Assembly (NCBI RefSeq): GCF_018350175.1
Contig: NC_058368.1
Location: 20,276,001-20,340,000, forward strand
Direction of reading: 5' to 3'
DNA: 64,000 nt
DNA from: Felis catus
Lineage: Eukaryota
Shown here: piece by piece, positions 14,001-28,287 of the stretch
How positions within the stretch are numbered: position 1 is the first letter of the stretch
How the letters are laid out: each line of letters starts with the position of its first letter
Made by a program: the position numbers and the translations under genes
The notes under the pieces: model-generated
Databases searched by the model: none
The model's input: only the letters and a program-made list of their open reading frames with translations
What the model was told of the DNA's origin: nothing

Positions 14001-17000
14001 GACCCCAGACAGGTTGAACCTAAATAGGACTACCACCCCACATTATAATTAAAATTTCAAAAGTCAAAGACAAAGAATTCTGAAAGTAGCAAGAGAGAAG
14101 AGACAAGTTTCATGCAAAGTAACTCCCATCACGTTATCATCAGGTTTCTCAACTGAAACTTTTCAGACCAGAAGTGAATGGGATGATATATACAAAATAA
14201 TGAAAGAAAAAATTCTCAACCAAGAACTGTATACCCAGCAAAGCTGTCCTTCAGAAATGGAGAGATAGACTTTCCCAAACAAGCAAAAGCCGTGGAAGTT
14301 CATCATGACTAGACCTGTTTTACAGGAAGCTAAAGGGAGTTATTTGAGTGAAAGTAAAAGGACACTATTTAACAGCATAAAAACATAAGAAGATAGAGTG
14401 AAATTCACTAGTAATGGTAAATATATAGTCAAAGTTAGATTCTGTAATAGGGTAATTAAAGGTGGTGTGTAATAAACTTACAACTTTAGTTTAAAAGTTA
14501 AAAATACAAACAAAATAAAAATAGTCACAACTGCAATAATCTGTTATGGAACGCAAAGTCCAAAAATACTAAAATGTGAGTGGGAGGAGAAGTAAAAGTA
14601 TACAGTTGTTATCAGTTTAAAATAGGGTGCTATAATTTTAACATATTTTATGTATGCCTCATGGTAACCGTAAGGGAAAAATCTGTAGTAATTACACAAA
14701 GGAGCATGATACAGAAGTCAAGGCATACTGATCCTGAAAGACATCGATATATTTAAATACGTATGTATGTATACATATAAAAATTTATAAAATATGTACA
14801 TAAAAATATATGTAAAATATATATACTATATATAAATATACATAAAAGCAAAAGAAACAAGGAAAAATGGATATACAAAACAGAAAACAATGAACAAAAT
14901 GGCAATATTAAGGATCTATCAATAATTATTATAAATGTAAATGGATTAATTTCTCCAATCCAAAGGTAGAGAATGGCTGAATGTATATATACATGTATAT
15001 ATAACCCCACAAGATCTAATGATATGTTACCTACAAGAGACTGACTTAAAGATACATGTAGACTGAGAGTAAAAGAATGGGAAAAGATATTCAAGCAAAT
15101 GTTAATTAAAAAAAGCAAGGATACCCATATTTATGTCAGACAAAAGAGACTTTAAACAAATAATGGAAAGATGATACAAAAATGGCCTTTATAAAATGAT
15201 AAAGAGGTCAATCCTTCAAGAAAATATAACAATTTTGAGTATTTATACTCCCAACATTGGTCCACCTCAATATATAAAGCAAAAATTAACATAAATAAAC
15301 ACCAATAAATAATAGTTTCGGTCTTTGTAAAACCCTCTCAACAATGGTTTGGTCACTCATACATTAAATTAATAAGGAAACAGAAGATTTGAGCAAGACT
15401 ATAGACCAAATGGACCTAACAGTCATGTACAGAACAGCTTATCTAACAAAGCATGATACACATTCTTCTCAAGCACACATGAAACATTTTCTAGGACAGA
15501 CCATATGTCACGTCACTAAACAAGTGTTAGCAAATTCAAGATGACTGAAATTATACCAAGTATCTTCTCTGAACACAATGGTATAAAACTAAAAAATCAG
15601 TAACACGAGAAAGCTGCAAAACTCACAAATACATGGAAATTAATGCTCTCTGGAGCAACCAATGGATCAAAGAATAAATTAAAAGAGAAATTTCTAAGTA
15701 TCTTTAGACAAATGAAAATGAAAACACAATATATCAAAACTTATGGGATGCAACAGAAGCATCTGTAAGAGGAAAGTTCTTAACAATAAATACCTACATA
15801 AGCAACAAGATAACAAACTTAAGTCTATGCCTCAAAGAAGAGAAAACTAAGTCCTTCAGCTGGAGGAAGGCACTAGTAAAGAGCACCAATATATGAAACA
15901 GAGAGAAGGAAAACAACTGAAAAGATTAATGAAATTAATGTTGGCTCTTTAAAAAGATAAACAAACTTGACAAAACTTTAGCTAGACACCGAGGAAAAAA
16001 GAGGGAGGACCCAAATAAACAAAAGTGTAAAGGAAAGAGGAGACATTACAACAGATATTACAGAAATTTAAAAGATCATGAGAAGCTACTATGAACATGA
16101 CAAACTGCACAATCTAGAAGAAATGGAAAAATTCTTACAAACATACAACCTACCAAGGCTGAATCGTTAAGAAATAGAAAATCTAAAAACACCAATTGAA
16201 TATGTACATTGAATATGTAATAAAAAAAATCCCCCCCCCCCCCAAAAAAAACCCAGGACCATATGGCTTCACAGGTGAATTTTACCAAACATTTACAAAA
16301 GAATTAACACCAGTCCTTCTCAAATGCTTCCAAAACACTGAAGAGCAGGGGACACTCCCAAACTCATTTTACAAGGCCAGTAGTATTACCCTGACACCAA
16401 AGCCAGAAAAGGACACCATAAGAAAACTATAGACCTATTCCTGATGAATATATATCTAAAAAATGCTCAATAAAATAGTAGCAAACAAAATTCAGTGGCA
16501 TGTTATAAGGATCAGTCACCATGATCAAGTGAGATTTATCCTTGGAGTGCAAGATGTTTCAACATATGCAAATCAACAAATATGATACATTAATAGAATG
16601 AAAGAAAAAAAATCGTATGATCATCTCAATAGAGGCAGAAGAAGCATTTGACAAAACTTAACATCCATTTATGATAAAAATTCTTTTTTCTTCAATACAA
16701 ATTCTTAACAAATTAGGTATAGAAGGAACTACCTCAACATAATAAAGGTCACATATGACAAACCCACAGCTAACATCACACTCAGTGGTGAAAGGTTGAA
16801 AGCGTTTCCTCTATGATCAGGAATTAGACCATGGTGCCCACTCTCATTACTCCTATTCAACACTTTACTGGAAATCCTAGTCAGAACAATCAGGCAAATA
16901 AATTAATTAATTAAATAAAATGAAGATAAATAAGACATTAAAAAAAAGATAAAAGGAATCAGCACTGGAAAGAAAGAAGTAAAATGGTCTCTAGTTTCAG

Positions 17001-19424
17001 GTGACATGATTTTACATATAGAAAATCCTAATTATGCCACCAAAAAAACTGTTGGATCTAATCAATGAATTCGGTAAAGTTGCAGGATACAAAATCATAT
17101 GCAAAAATCAGTAGCATTTATATAAAAGCAAATTATCTGAAAAAGAAATAGAGAAAACGATGACATTTTTATAATAGCATCAAAACCAGCAAAATACTTA
17201 GGGATAAATTTAACCAAGGAAATGAAAGTTCTCTACACTGAAAACTACAAGATAATGATGAAAGAAACTGAAGATTACACAAACATAAAGGGGTTCAATG
17301 TACATGGATTAGAAGAACTAATATTAAAAGTGTCCACACCACCCAAAGACTTGTATAGATTCAATACAATCCCTATCAAGATTCTAATGCCATTTGTTAT
17401 AGAAGTAGAAAAAACAATCCTAAGGTTTACATGGAACCACAAAAGACCCTGAATATCCAAAGCATTTTTGAAAAAGAGGAACAAAGCTAGAGGTATCACA
17501 CTTCTAGATTTGAAGCTATTTTATAAAGCTATGATAATCAAAACAGTATGGCACTGGCATAAAACCAGACACAGAGACCAACAGAACACATCTGAGAGAC
17601 CAGGAATAAACCCATAAGTAGTCAACTAATATATGACAAGGGGGCCAAGAATACTCAATGGAGAAAAGATAGTTTCTTCAATTAATGCTGTTGAGAAACT
17701 GGATATTCACATGTAGAAGAAAGAAATTAGACCCCTATCTTACCACTCATGAAGTAACTCAAAATGGATCAAAGACTTAAATGTAAAATTAGAAACCATA
17801 AAACTCCTAGAAGAAAACATAGGAAAAAAAAGCTCCATGATATGGGTTTTGGCAATGAACTTTTGGATATGATCCCTAAGGCACAGCAGCAAAATAAAAA
17901 ATAAGTGAGATTACATCAAACTAAAAAGGTTCTTCACAGAAAAAAAATTAAAAAGTGAAAGGAACACCTATGGAATAGGAAAAAAATTGAAAACTACATA
18001 TCTGGTTATTTTTGTATACTATTTGTACATAAAATATAAATATATGTGTGTGTGTATGTATATGTGTATACACACATTTATATATATAAATATAATATAT
18101 ATAAATATAACATATTTATATAAAGATATATAGTAATTATATATTTATATAAATTTATATTTATGTCATATTTATATAATATTAAAATTTACATTTTACA
18201 TATATACATATATACATTTTTACATTATAATTTACATATAAATATAAAATATTACAAATATTTACATATAAATTTACATTTATATAAATGTAAATTTATA
18301 TAAATATGATATATAAAGATATATTTATATAAATATATATAAAATACACTTATGTATATATTTATACATATATTATATTTATATATATAAAATCACTCAA
18401 TAACAAAACACCAAATAATCCAATTTAAAAATGGGCAAAGAATCTGAATGGTAATTTTTCCAAAATGGTACACATATGGCTAACAGGTACATGGAAAGGT
18501 GCTCAACATCACTAGTTATCAGGGGGATGCAAATCAAAAACCACAATGAGACAATGCCTCATGCCTGTGAGAATGGCCATGCCCAAAAAGACAAGAGATA
18601 ACAAATGCTGGCAAGTGTGTGGAAAACTCCTTTGTGTACTGTTGGTGGGATTGTGAAGTGGTGGGCCACTATGGGAAACAATCTGGTGGTTCCTCAAAAA
18701 ATTACAAATGTAATTACCCTATGACCCAGCAACTCTACTTCTGGGTACATATCCAAAGGAAACAAAAAACCATGATGTCAAAAAATATCTGAAACACCAT
18801 GTTCACAGCTGTATTATACACAACAGCTGAAACATGGAAACAACCTAAGTGTCCACAGTGACGGACACTTCTTTGAGTAAAGAGGTTGTGGTATATATTC
18901 ACATTGGAATGTTACTGAGCTATTAAAAAGGAGGAAATCCTGCTATTTGCGACAACATGGAAAGGTTTTGAGGGCATTATGCTATGTGAAATAAACCAGA
19001 CAGAGAAAGACAAATAGGTGATCTCACCTATAAGCAGAATCTAAGAAAAAGCAAGCTCATAGAAAAAGAGATCAGATTTGTGGTTCCAGGGGTTGGGTAG
19101 GGGGATGTGTGTGGGACCTGGATGAAACTGGTCAAAAAGTGCCAACCTGGAGTTATAAGAAAAATAAGTACTAAGGATGTCACGTACAAAATGATGGCTA
19201 TTCACAACGCTATATGGAATGTTTGAAAGTCATTAAGAGCAAATCCAAAGAATTCGCATCACAAGGACTAAGCTTTTTCTTTTGGTAACTATATGAAATG
19301 CCTGGTGTTCACTAAACGTCTCAGGGTGATCATCTCACAACACACGTAGGTCAAATCACGCTGTATACTTATATACAGTGCTATATGTCAAATATATCTC
19401 AATAAAACTAGAAAAGAATAAAAA
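11055..19424 (+). mobile_element. Near full-length old L1 (about 8.4 kb): monomeric 5' UTR (~11055-13380), ORF1 remnant (~13390-14380), ORF2 remnant (~14910-18800), 3' UTR and A-rich tail
   Basis: Starts ggagggacatctccaagatgg. ORF1-like gaattcagaataatcctctt and ORF2 motifs PGPYGFTGEFYQTF and [10 protein letters not shown] are present; ends ctcaataaaa plus A-rich tail. Possible degenerate TSD agatcttctccct / agatccttccct. Both ORFs are disrupted. Confidence 0.92.
18010..18390. repeat. AT-rich (TA)n low-complexity tract inside L1 ORF2
   Basis: About 380 bp almost entirely of tata/taaa/taca units. Confidence 0.9.
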
Positions 19425-19454
19425 TGAGATCCTTCCCTGTATTTCAGTGACTTC

Positions 19455-19963
19455 ATCCCATAATCATCACAGCTTTGCATTGGGTCAACTTAGCCACGTG
19501 GAAACTATGTTTCCTGAAATTCCCTTCTCTGTATGATTCTGTGCAAGGTTGGTCACAAGAGAAATGTGCTTGGGACGTGAGGTGGAAACGAAGGAGCGGC
19601 CATTTTTCACCCTCTACAGGTTGGAGCAGGGTGCTAGGCACCGTGGCGGCTTGTACATGCAGTGCTGGTCTGCTTGCTTGCCTGGTGGGCATGTGGCTGC
19701 CCCTGGGGCCTGTGGACTCCGGCTCCCACTGGACCTCCATCGTCAGCTGCTCCTGGCCCTGGTCAGGTGTCAGGTGCATTTCAGGTCCATTCCAGCACAC
19801 CTTTGACCTTGACTTCCCCTCAGCTTTTTCTCCTAACTGTTGATCAGATCTGGGGAAATCTCAGGTCCAACACCAGGGGCACAGCCTTCTCTGCCAGTTC
19901 CCATGATTATGTACAGTCCTTATGGTAGGTCACTCATAAGCCTGAGTGAGCCCTGGTTGATAT
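19455..19963 (+). mobile_element. Old ERVL-class solo LTR (LTR40/41/33-like; family uncertain)
   Basis: ggaaactatgtttcctgaaattcccttctctgtatg...gttggtcacaagag and terminal gagtgagccctggttgatata resemble recalled ERVL LTR consensus sequences. Confidence 0.55.
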
Positions 19964-20253
19964 AGCTGTCCTACGACGTGCTTATTTTTATTACCCTCCT
20001 TGACAGATCTAGAAACTGAGGCAGAGAGAATGTAACTTGCCCGGGGTCATAGAGTTAAGTTTCTGGAAGACATGGGATACAAATGCAAACTGTGGCTCAG
20101 AGGCCAAACCTGGGATAATCATTTTTCTAATATGAAAAATGGTAAAAAAAAAAATGATTCTCAGCTTTTGGAGATTAAAGGTGATATATATCCACAAGAG
20201 AGGCAGATATATGCTTATTAAGTGGAAGCCATTGGTTTCAGCAGAGACACATC

Positions 20254-20492
20254 TTTTTTTTTTTATTTAAAAAAAAATTTTTTTTTTCAACTTTTTTATT
20301 TATTTTTGGGACAGAGAGAGACAGAGCATGAACGGGGGAGGGGCAGAGAGAGAGGGAGACACAGAATCGGAAACAGGCTCCAGGCTCTGAGCCGTCAGCA
20401 CAGAGCCCGACGCGGGGCTCGAACTCACGGACCGCGAGATCGTGACCTGGCTGAAGTCGGACGCTTAACCGACTGCGCTACCCAGGCGCCCC
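20254..20492 (-). mobile_element. Young felid CanSINE
   Basis: Consensus-like body; TSD agcagagacacatctt. Confidence 0.95.
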
Positions 20493-23400
20493 AGCAGAGA
20501 CACATCTTAAAGCATGAGCCACCAAACCCAGTGACAGAAGGGGACTGATATGTGGGGGCAGGGGGTGTTGGGTAGGAGTGAGGATTGAGTCCCGAAGGAT
20601 GTACCAGCAGAAGGTGACTTGGGTTTTGAGGGACCCTATGAGAACAGGAACAATGACAAGCAGCAGGGGAAGAAGGTGCCTCATGGGTCCACCTGAATGG
20701 TCGCTTCCATCCTGCCACTGTAAGGTTTTATGTACGCCATCTATAATTTATTTCCTCTTCCCAAGTCTTTGACAAATAACAAGCATTAAAACGCTTCCAG
20801 AGCAAACAGGACAGCATCTCTCACCTAAACACAACAATGGTTACAGCGACTAAAGTCATCAGTCATCCTCGACTTTATCCCTGGCCACACAAAAAACATT
20901 TCTGCATCTTCTAAAAGTCATAGCTGAAGACCATCCACTGTTATCTTGACTGATTGTTATAAAAGGAACCTGCTGAAACTCAGCACCCAGAAACGTTTGT
21001 GTTTTCAGATCTGGATTTTTTTTAAATCAAACAATGAAAATTGTACTTCTCTTTCTGCTCTGGCTTTCAGGAAGCTCAACAAGGAATCCCCAATTCCTTT
21101 TTCTCTGCCCTTCTCTGTATGTTTTCTGATCTCTCAAGACAACTATTCTGCGATATACACACTTACTTAAAACACTTGCAGAAGTAAGGCAGTACATAAT
21201 TTATATATACCAAATACAGACATTAAGAAGTATTAACGAAATAAAAAGTAAAACCAAGCAGGATTATGTTAATATTATCAGTGAGTAGAAGTAAAATGAG
21301 GGATACTGCTTGCTTGCCTCCTTCCCAAAGTGATTGGAGATATTTGTGTGCCCAAGTGGAATATTACACTAGTTTTAACCACATCCCCCCTACTTACAAG
21401 TCACTGAGTCTAAAGCCCGTTTAGAAAAGGCTCACTTGGCTGAGCAAGAGCCTTACTGTGAGACCCAGTAGAGATGTGTCTCTGTCACTTGTTAATCACA
21501 GTGGCTCTTCAGCCAGGGGATGCATGATGGCCTTTTATTTAACAGGGAAGGACTCGGTGAAGAGGCATCTTCAGGGATACAGTGAGATCCAGGGGCCAGG
21601 GAGGTGGGCAAAGAGGCCAGGAACCATTCAGGTCCCTTTTGGACAGAGCAGGACAGTCGAATCCAGGCATCTTCCTCCTGGACTTGCAGAGTGCTCACAG
21701 AGAAGGCACTCTACCCGATCTGGAGTCACACTTGGTCTCCTGGGAGCAGAGCTGGCATTGGGGCACGCAGGCCACCAGCTTTCAGCAGCAGGTGGAGAGA
21801 GAGCCCTGTGGGCCAGGCCTGGGGGTTGTCCAGGCTCTTCCTCCTGCTGCCACTGCCCCTCCCTGTGACTGAAACCCTCCACTCCTTCCTGCCTCCCTTC
21901 AGGACCTACTGATTACCCTGCCCCACCCTTGGTCCACACAGCAGAAGGAAAGGTCACAGCCCAAGGTCACTCAGTGGGAAAGGTTAGGGCTCCCACCCGA
22001 GGGTCTGCAGACCTTCTGGCTCCCACGGACATCAGCAGGGGCTGAGCCCTCTCTACTTCACCATGGCCCTGGGGGGGGGTGGGGTGCGCGGTGATTCTAA
22101 ACTTCTGAGGCCAGTTGGTACTGGCAGTGTGGGGCTATTATTTAAAAGCAGGTATTTACTGGAGCCTGCTGTGAGTGGGCACTGTGACAGCCACTCTGGT
22201 ACCTGTTAACCGGATCCTCCCAGATGTCCCCTTCCAGACCACCTTGGGAAGAAAGTGATTCCTCTTAGGTGACAAAAATCCAAACTAGTGGAACCTAGAC
22301 TTCTCAGGTGGCAAAGCTGTATGTGAATACAAAGAGGGAGATAGAAATTCCCTCAGCATAAAGTTTCAGAGGGTCCAGGGGCTCATTCTCCCGGCATGAA
22401 GCCAAGAATCAGGCAGAAAGTTCCTTAAACTCAAAGTAACATCTGAATTTCCATTTCGTTGGGTAGAAGGTTGGAGGTGAGAGAGAGAAAATCAACCAAA
22501 AGATCTGAAGCCCTTTAGCAAAATGTCTTTGCTGATATTTTTTTTTTTTTTTTTTGAGGACAGGTGAGAAAGAGAAAGTGAGCAAAATAGGTTTTTAAAG
22601 AAAATGGATGTATACGGTTTACGTGACCAAAACCCCAAACAAAATAAAACAAAAACCGAAAGCTGGAAGAAAACGCACAAAAACGTTCCATTATGGTGGT
22701 GGCAACAGCGTCGTTGAGAAAAACTCTCACTTCCAAAAGTAAATTTGGGGAATTTGGTTTCATTACTTTCTAAGGAAACTTAGAAAGCAATGAACACATC
22801 AAAGAATGCCTAATTGGAAGGTGACAAAAATGTCTATTAACACAGGAGGAAAAGTCACTGGAGACTAAAGTAGGTGTTTGGTGTGGTGTTTCACGGTTTA
22901 GCCAAGCTGACAGGGCTGGCAGGTTATCAGACAAACAGGATTCGGTCTGGATCTGTGAGATCTGCAGCCCAAACTCCTAACGGCTGGCTCCCAGAAGGCA
23001 TCGGCCGAGGTCCTGTTGTCCCTGGCCCCAGAGGGAGGCGCCCCAACTCCGGAGCATACACACCACACCCCACTTGGCCGCACCACACTTGCACACATCC
23101 TGCTCCACGGAATGGTCTGGACTGGCTGTGCACTTGGAGCCCAGGGACTCTCCTGGTCTTGAGAGGAGACATTCAAGGTGTTTGCTGACTCAGACGGCTC
23201 CCCAGGGTGCCAGACCATCCGTTTCTGTTGCAGTTTACTTACAGACACAGTGAGGTTGGCCTGGAGGGGACTGGCCCAGCTGGCCGGGAGCCGTTTGCCA
23301 GGTGCAGAAACAGCAGCACTTTCTTCCAGATCTACCACCAAACCTGACTCCTTTGGGAGCACAGCCCTGGACAGACCAAACTAAATAAACTAAGTGAGAC

Positions 23401-23969
23401 AGGCAGGCCAAAAGGAAAGGTGCTCTAAGACTAAGAGCAGAAAACATGCTTAAAATTCCTCACTCTCCTCCCTCTGCCTCAGAGAGCTGATTCTGAGTCT
23501 TGCCAAGGCTTCAAATCACAGTTTGCTTCTCTCCCTCCCCACCACCCCCCCCCCCAAGGAGAAAATTACTCTTCCTTCCAAGCCTGAAAGAGCTATGATG
23601 TCACTTACACATTCTGCAGAAATACCAAAGCCAGACGATGCTCTGGGAAATGATTTTCAGGGGGCGACTTTCAACCACCCTGGGTAGTCTGCACAGATAA
23701 AATAGCCCAGTATCGGCACTGTAGTTGGTTGAAAACAATCATTTTCTTCAGAGTCTGGACTGGGAGCCACAAACCTTGTGAGTAGAGCCAAGTGGCATGC
23801 CCGACGGCCTCTGGTTCACGTGGTGTGAGTAGATACCTTGCCCCTTGGGTCACTGCACCCCTACCCTGAGAATACTAGAGACCAAGGGGGAGGAGCTAAT
23901 GTTTACTGAGTAGCTGCCGTGCACTGGACATCAGGCTTAGCGCTGGGAACAGGATAAAAACAGTTTTAG

Positions 23970-25326
23970 GTTTTGCACAGCAAAGGAAACCATCCGCAAA
24001 ACAAAAAGGCAACCTACTAAGTGGGAGATCTCTCAAATCATATGTCTGACAAGGGATTAATACCCAAAATATACAAATAACTCATACAACTCAATATCAA
24101 AACAATAAACAATCCAATTAAAAAATGGGCAAAGGACCTGAATAGACATTTCTCCTAAAAAGGCGTCCAGATGGCCAACAGACACATGACAAGATGCTCA
24201 ACATCGCTGATCATCAGGGACATGCAAATCAAAACCACAATGAGCTATCACTTCACACCCATCAGAGGGCTATTTTCAAAAAGACAAGAAATAACAAGTG
24301 TTAATGAGGATGTAGAGAAAAGGGAACCCTCATGCGTTGTTGGTAAGAATGTAAATTGGTGCAGCCACTGGGGAAATCAGTATAGAGGTTCCTCAAAAAA
24401 TTAGAACTACCCTATGACCCAGCAATTCTGCTTCATGGGTGTGCGTATGAAGAAAACAAAAACATTAATTCTAAAAAATATATGTATCCCTATGTTTATT
24501 GCAGCAGTTTTTACAATAGATGTGGAAGCAACCTAAGTGTGCATTAGTAGACGAATGGGTAAAGATGTGGTCAACATACGTATGCGCGTGTGCACGCATT
24601 GTGCACGCACACACACAGAGAAATATTACTCAGTTACAAAACAGAATGCAACCTTGCCATGTGCAACAACATGGATGGACCTAGAGGATAATATGATGAA
24701 TAAGTCAGACAGAGGCAAATACTATATGATTTCTCTTCTATGAGACATGTGAAAAAAGAAAACAAACTAAACAAAACAGAGGGGCGCCTGGGTGCTCAGT
24801 TGGTTAAGTGTCCGACTTCAGCTCAGGTCATGATCTCTCATGGTTCGTGGGTTCGTGGGTCGGAGACCCGCAGGGGGTTCTCGGCTGTCAGCACAGAGCC
24901 CGCCCGCTTCAGATCCTCTGTCTCCCTCTCTCTCTGCCCCTCCCCTGCTCATCTCTCTCTCTCAAAATTAAACATTAAAAAAAAAAAATGTTAGGAAAAA
25001 AACCAAAACCAAACAAAGCAAAAGCAAAACAGAAATGAACTCATAGACACAGAGAACAATCTGGTGATTGCCAGAAGGGAGGGAAGTAGGGGATGGTCGA
25101 AATAGGGGAAGAGGATTAAAAGGTACAAACTTCCAATTACAAAATAAATAAAACATGGGGATGCATGGGGGAATGTAGTCGATAAAACTGTAACAACTTT
25201 GTATGGTGATAGATGGCAGCTAGATTTCTCGTGGGGATCACTTCATAATGCACATAAACATTGGATCGCTGTTGTATACCTGAAGCTAATATGTCAATCA
25301 CACTTCAATAAAATAAAATAAAAAAA
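23970..25326 (+). mobile_element. L1 3' fragment (ORF2 C-terminus + 3' UTR), interrupted by a SINE
   Basis: ttttgcacagcaaaggaaacc, [23 protein letters not shown], atggatggacctagag, aataaaa tail. Confidence 0.9.
24781..24988 (+). mobile_element. CanSINE within L1
   Basis: ggggcgcctgggtg head, CT tract, poly-A. Confidence 0.9.
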
Positions 25327-25769
25327 TACCCTCAACAAACAAATTGGCTCCAGTGGGTTTCTTGTCACTGAGGGGAGGTAGAGAATATATTTTTTTTAAG
25401 AGGAAAAAAGCACAGTAGCAATTTCATTCTGATGAAAACAAAACCAAAACAGCGTGAGGAAGTTCTGCCCACTCTCCAGATACTTCCTGCGATTTGACTT
25501 TTTTTTTTTCCTTTAAAAAAAGAATGATACATAACTGATACGTAACATTATGTTCATTCCAGTCGTACAACACAATGATTCAATACGTGTACGTATTGGG
25601 AAATGATCACCACAAAACTGTGACTTGTGTTCTTGGCGTTCTGTCCCAAGCCTGCTATTAAGTACAATATACTTTAGAAAGTGGACATGCCCCAGGCAGC
25701 AATAATCGAACACAAAGCGGCCACTGGGGAGTCCTGCCTTATAATACCCCGCGTATGGTGAACAGAGAG

Positions 25770-25912
25770 GGTGTTACCAGCCGCAGCACCTGGGAGCTGG
25801 TCAGAAATGCAGGATCTCAGGCCTCACCCCGGACCTCCTGGACCACAGTCTCTGCAGGCACGCCCGACAATCTGTGATTTTCACGCCTGCTGAACTTAGA
25901 GAAGCACTGCTA
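25770..25912. mobile_element. MER5-like hAT-Charlie MITE
   Basis: cagcacctgggagctggtcagaaatgcaggatctcaggcctcacccc...gagaagcactgcta. Confidence 0.65.
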
Positions 25913-26459
25913 GAGGGAATGCCCAGGCCCCCACCGGGTCCCTCGGACAAGGACACGGACTAGCACGACCAATGTGTGCTCGTGAGTCAAAGGTGCCGAG
26001 GGCCACTGTTGGTCCCCCCAGTTGCTGTTGGTGATAATGCCACAGGGGGACGGGCAGGGGGAGGCCAGGGGAGGCCGCCCACCCCTCCTCTTTGCCCTCT
26101 GCCCAGTGTCCAGTGGCCTGAGTCCCACCGCAGTCAGCTAGGACACCCCTGTCTCAGTCTCCTCCTCCGGGTCCTTGTCTCTCTACATCCCCCTCGCCCC
26201 CAACCTCCTCCTAACAGCCACGTGCAGGCTTTCCACTACTCAGTCTGCCTGCACTGGGCAGGTCCGAAACAGCCCAAAGTCTCCCACCTCTCTCCCCTTC
26301 TGTCTTTCCTTCTTTTATTCATTCAAACACTGAGCGTCGAGTATAGGGCAGACACTATTCTGGACGCTAGAGACTCACCAGTGGGCAAATCAGAGAAAGT
26401 CGCCGCCCTCAAGGTGCTTATGCTCAGTCACTAGAGAGCAGGTTAAAAGGTGACAGTGA

Positions 26460-26693
26460 GGGGCGCCTGGGTGGCGCAGTCGGTTAAGCATCCGACTTCA
26501 GCCAGGTCACGATCTCGCGGTCCGTGAGTTCGAGCCCCGCGTCAGGCTCTGGGCTGACGGCTCAGAGCCTGGAGCCTGTTTCCGATTCTGTGTCTCCCTC
26601 TCTCTCTGCCCCTCCCCCGTTCATGCTCTGTCTCTCTCTGTCCCAAAAATAAATAAACGTTGAAAAAAAAAAATTAAAAAAAAAAAAAAAAAA
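26460..26693 (+). mobile_element. Young felid CanSINE
   Basis: Consensus-like body, long poly-A; TSD aaaaggtgacagtg. Confidence 0.95.
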
Positions 26694-27584
26694 GGTGACA
26701 GTGCAGTGGAGACAAAGAAGGCAGGGCAGGGAGCCGGAGCGTCTGTGTGCGAGAGAACAGCAAACGGGTGTTTTTCATTGGGTGGCTGGGGAGGCTTTGC
26801 TCATGAGGGCACGCTGAGCGGAGACCCGAGGGGGCTGAGGGAGCAGCCACAGGGCCCTTGTGTGGCTCCAGGCAGAGGGGACAGAGCGGAACAGTGTGTT
26901 CCACGGGACAGACTGCAAGGCAGGTGGCCGGGTGGAGTGTGGCAGGCGAGGCAAGAACAGCGGACCTTGGAGAAGCAGGCTTGTGTTCCACGTGGGGCGG
27001 GATGGGCAGCCCCCAGGGGCTCTGAGCAGAGGACTCCCACGGTGTCACTTATGTCTGAGAGGGCCCTCTAGCTGTGCAGCGGAGAGTCTGCTGCAGAAGT
27101 CAGGACACTACTCAGGGGCTCCCGGGGAAACAGCAGCGGCTGAGCCGGCCTGAGGTGGCAGTGGTGAGAGGGAGGTAGAGTCTGCGGGGATTCTGGAAGT
27201 GGAATACACAGGGACCTCCTGAAAGAGAAGGCCCCAGAAGGACTCTGGCATTTCCGTCCTGAGCATCTGAAGAGTGGTTTGTGTTTCCAGTAGCTGGTTT
27301 CTCACTAGCTGCCTCCCTGCCCTCAGGACGGCAGCTCGGAACCCTGACCACTGCCCTGGGCCCAGCAGCCCTGCCTGGGTCTCTGTGTCTGCTGCTGCCC
27401 TGGGGCTCCCCTGAAACTCCCGGACCCACGGCCACCCTCAGTCAGCTCAGCTCAGGCATCAGTTCTTCTAAGAAGACTCTTGTGACCATCTGACCCCTGG
27501 CCAGCATCAACCAATCCACCCTTTGTGTAACAATAGCCCCTGTTCACTGATTCATGGGTGCTGAGAGGTAGCTCAAAGGCATTC

Positions 27585-27822
27585 TTTTTTTTTTTTTTTT
27601 TTTTTTTAATTTTTTTTTTCAACGTTTATTTATTTTCGGGACAGAGAGAGACAGAGCATGAACGGGGGAGGGGCAGAGAGAGAGGGAGACACAGAATCGG
27701 AAACAGGCTCCAGGCTCTGAGCCATCAGCCCAGAGCCTGACGCGGGGCTCGAGCTCACGGACCGCGAGATCGTGACCTGGCTGAAGTCGGACGCTCAACC
27801 GACTGCGCCACCCAGGCGCCCC
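27585..27822 (-). mobile_element. Young felid CanSINE
   Basis: Long poly-T, consensus-like body; TSD ctcaaaggcattcttt. Confidence 0.95.
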
Positions 27823-28287
27823 CTCAAAGGCATTCTTTCCAAATGTCCAACCTTGCACGGTTAAGAATTAGAATTCTGTATTTGCAGATTGGAAAACAGA
27901 GTTTTAGCAACGTAATGTCACGTGCCTGGAGTTACTCAACTCGCAAGTAAAAGAGTTAGGGTCCGATCCCAATACGCCTGACTACAAAGCCTGTGTCGTA
28001 TACTGCCCTGTGTGAGTATTTCAAATCACAGCATCCGGAACATTTTGCTGGATATTTTGGTTTGCATGACTGCTGCCTCCACTGGGCTGTGAGCTACTGA
28101 AGGAGGGGGGGGGGTGGGGTGCAGTGGTGGTGACGGGGATACTGTTGGCACAGAGGGGTTATCTAATAAATGTTTGCCAAAGTTTGCTTTCAACAGGGGA
28201 TCACAACCCAGACGTAAGAAGCTATAGGGCGGTCATGGACCCATTTGAGATTCCAGTAATGGCTCTAGGCCCTCTTGCCCAACATCA

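Noticed and set aside
11055..19424. Active full-length L1
   Set aside because: ORF1 and ORF2 are fragmented by many stops, frameshifts and TA expansions.
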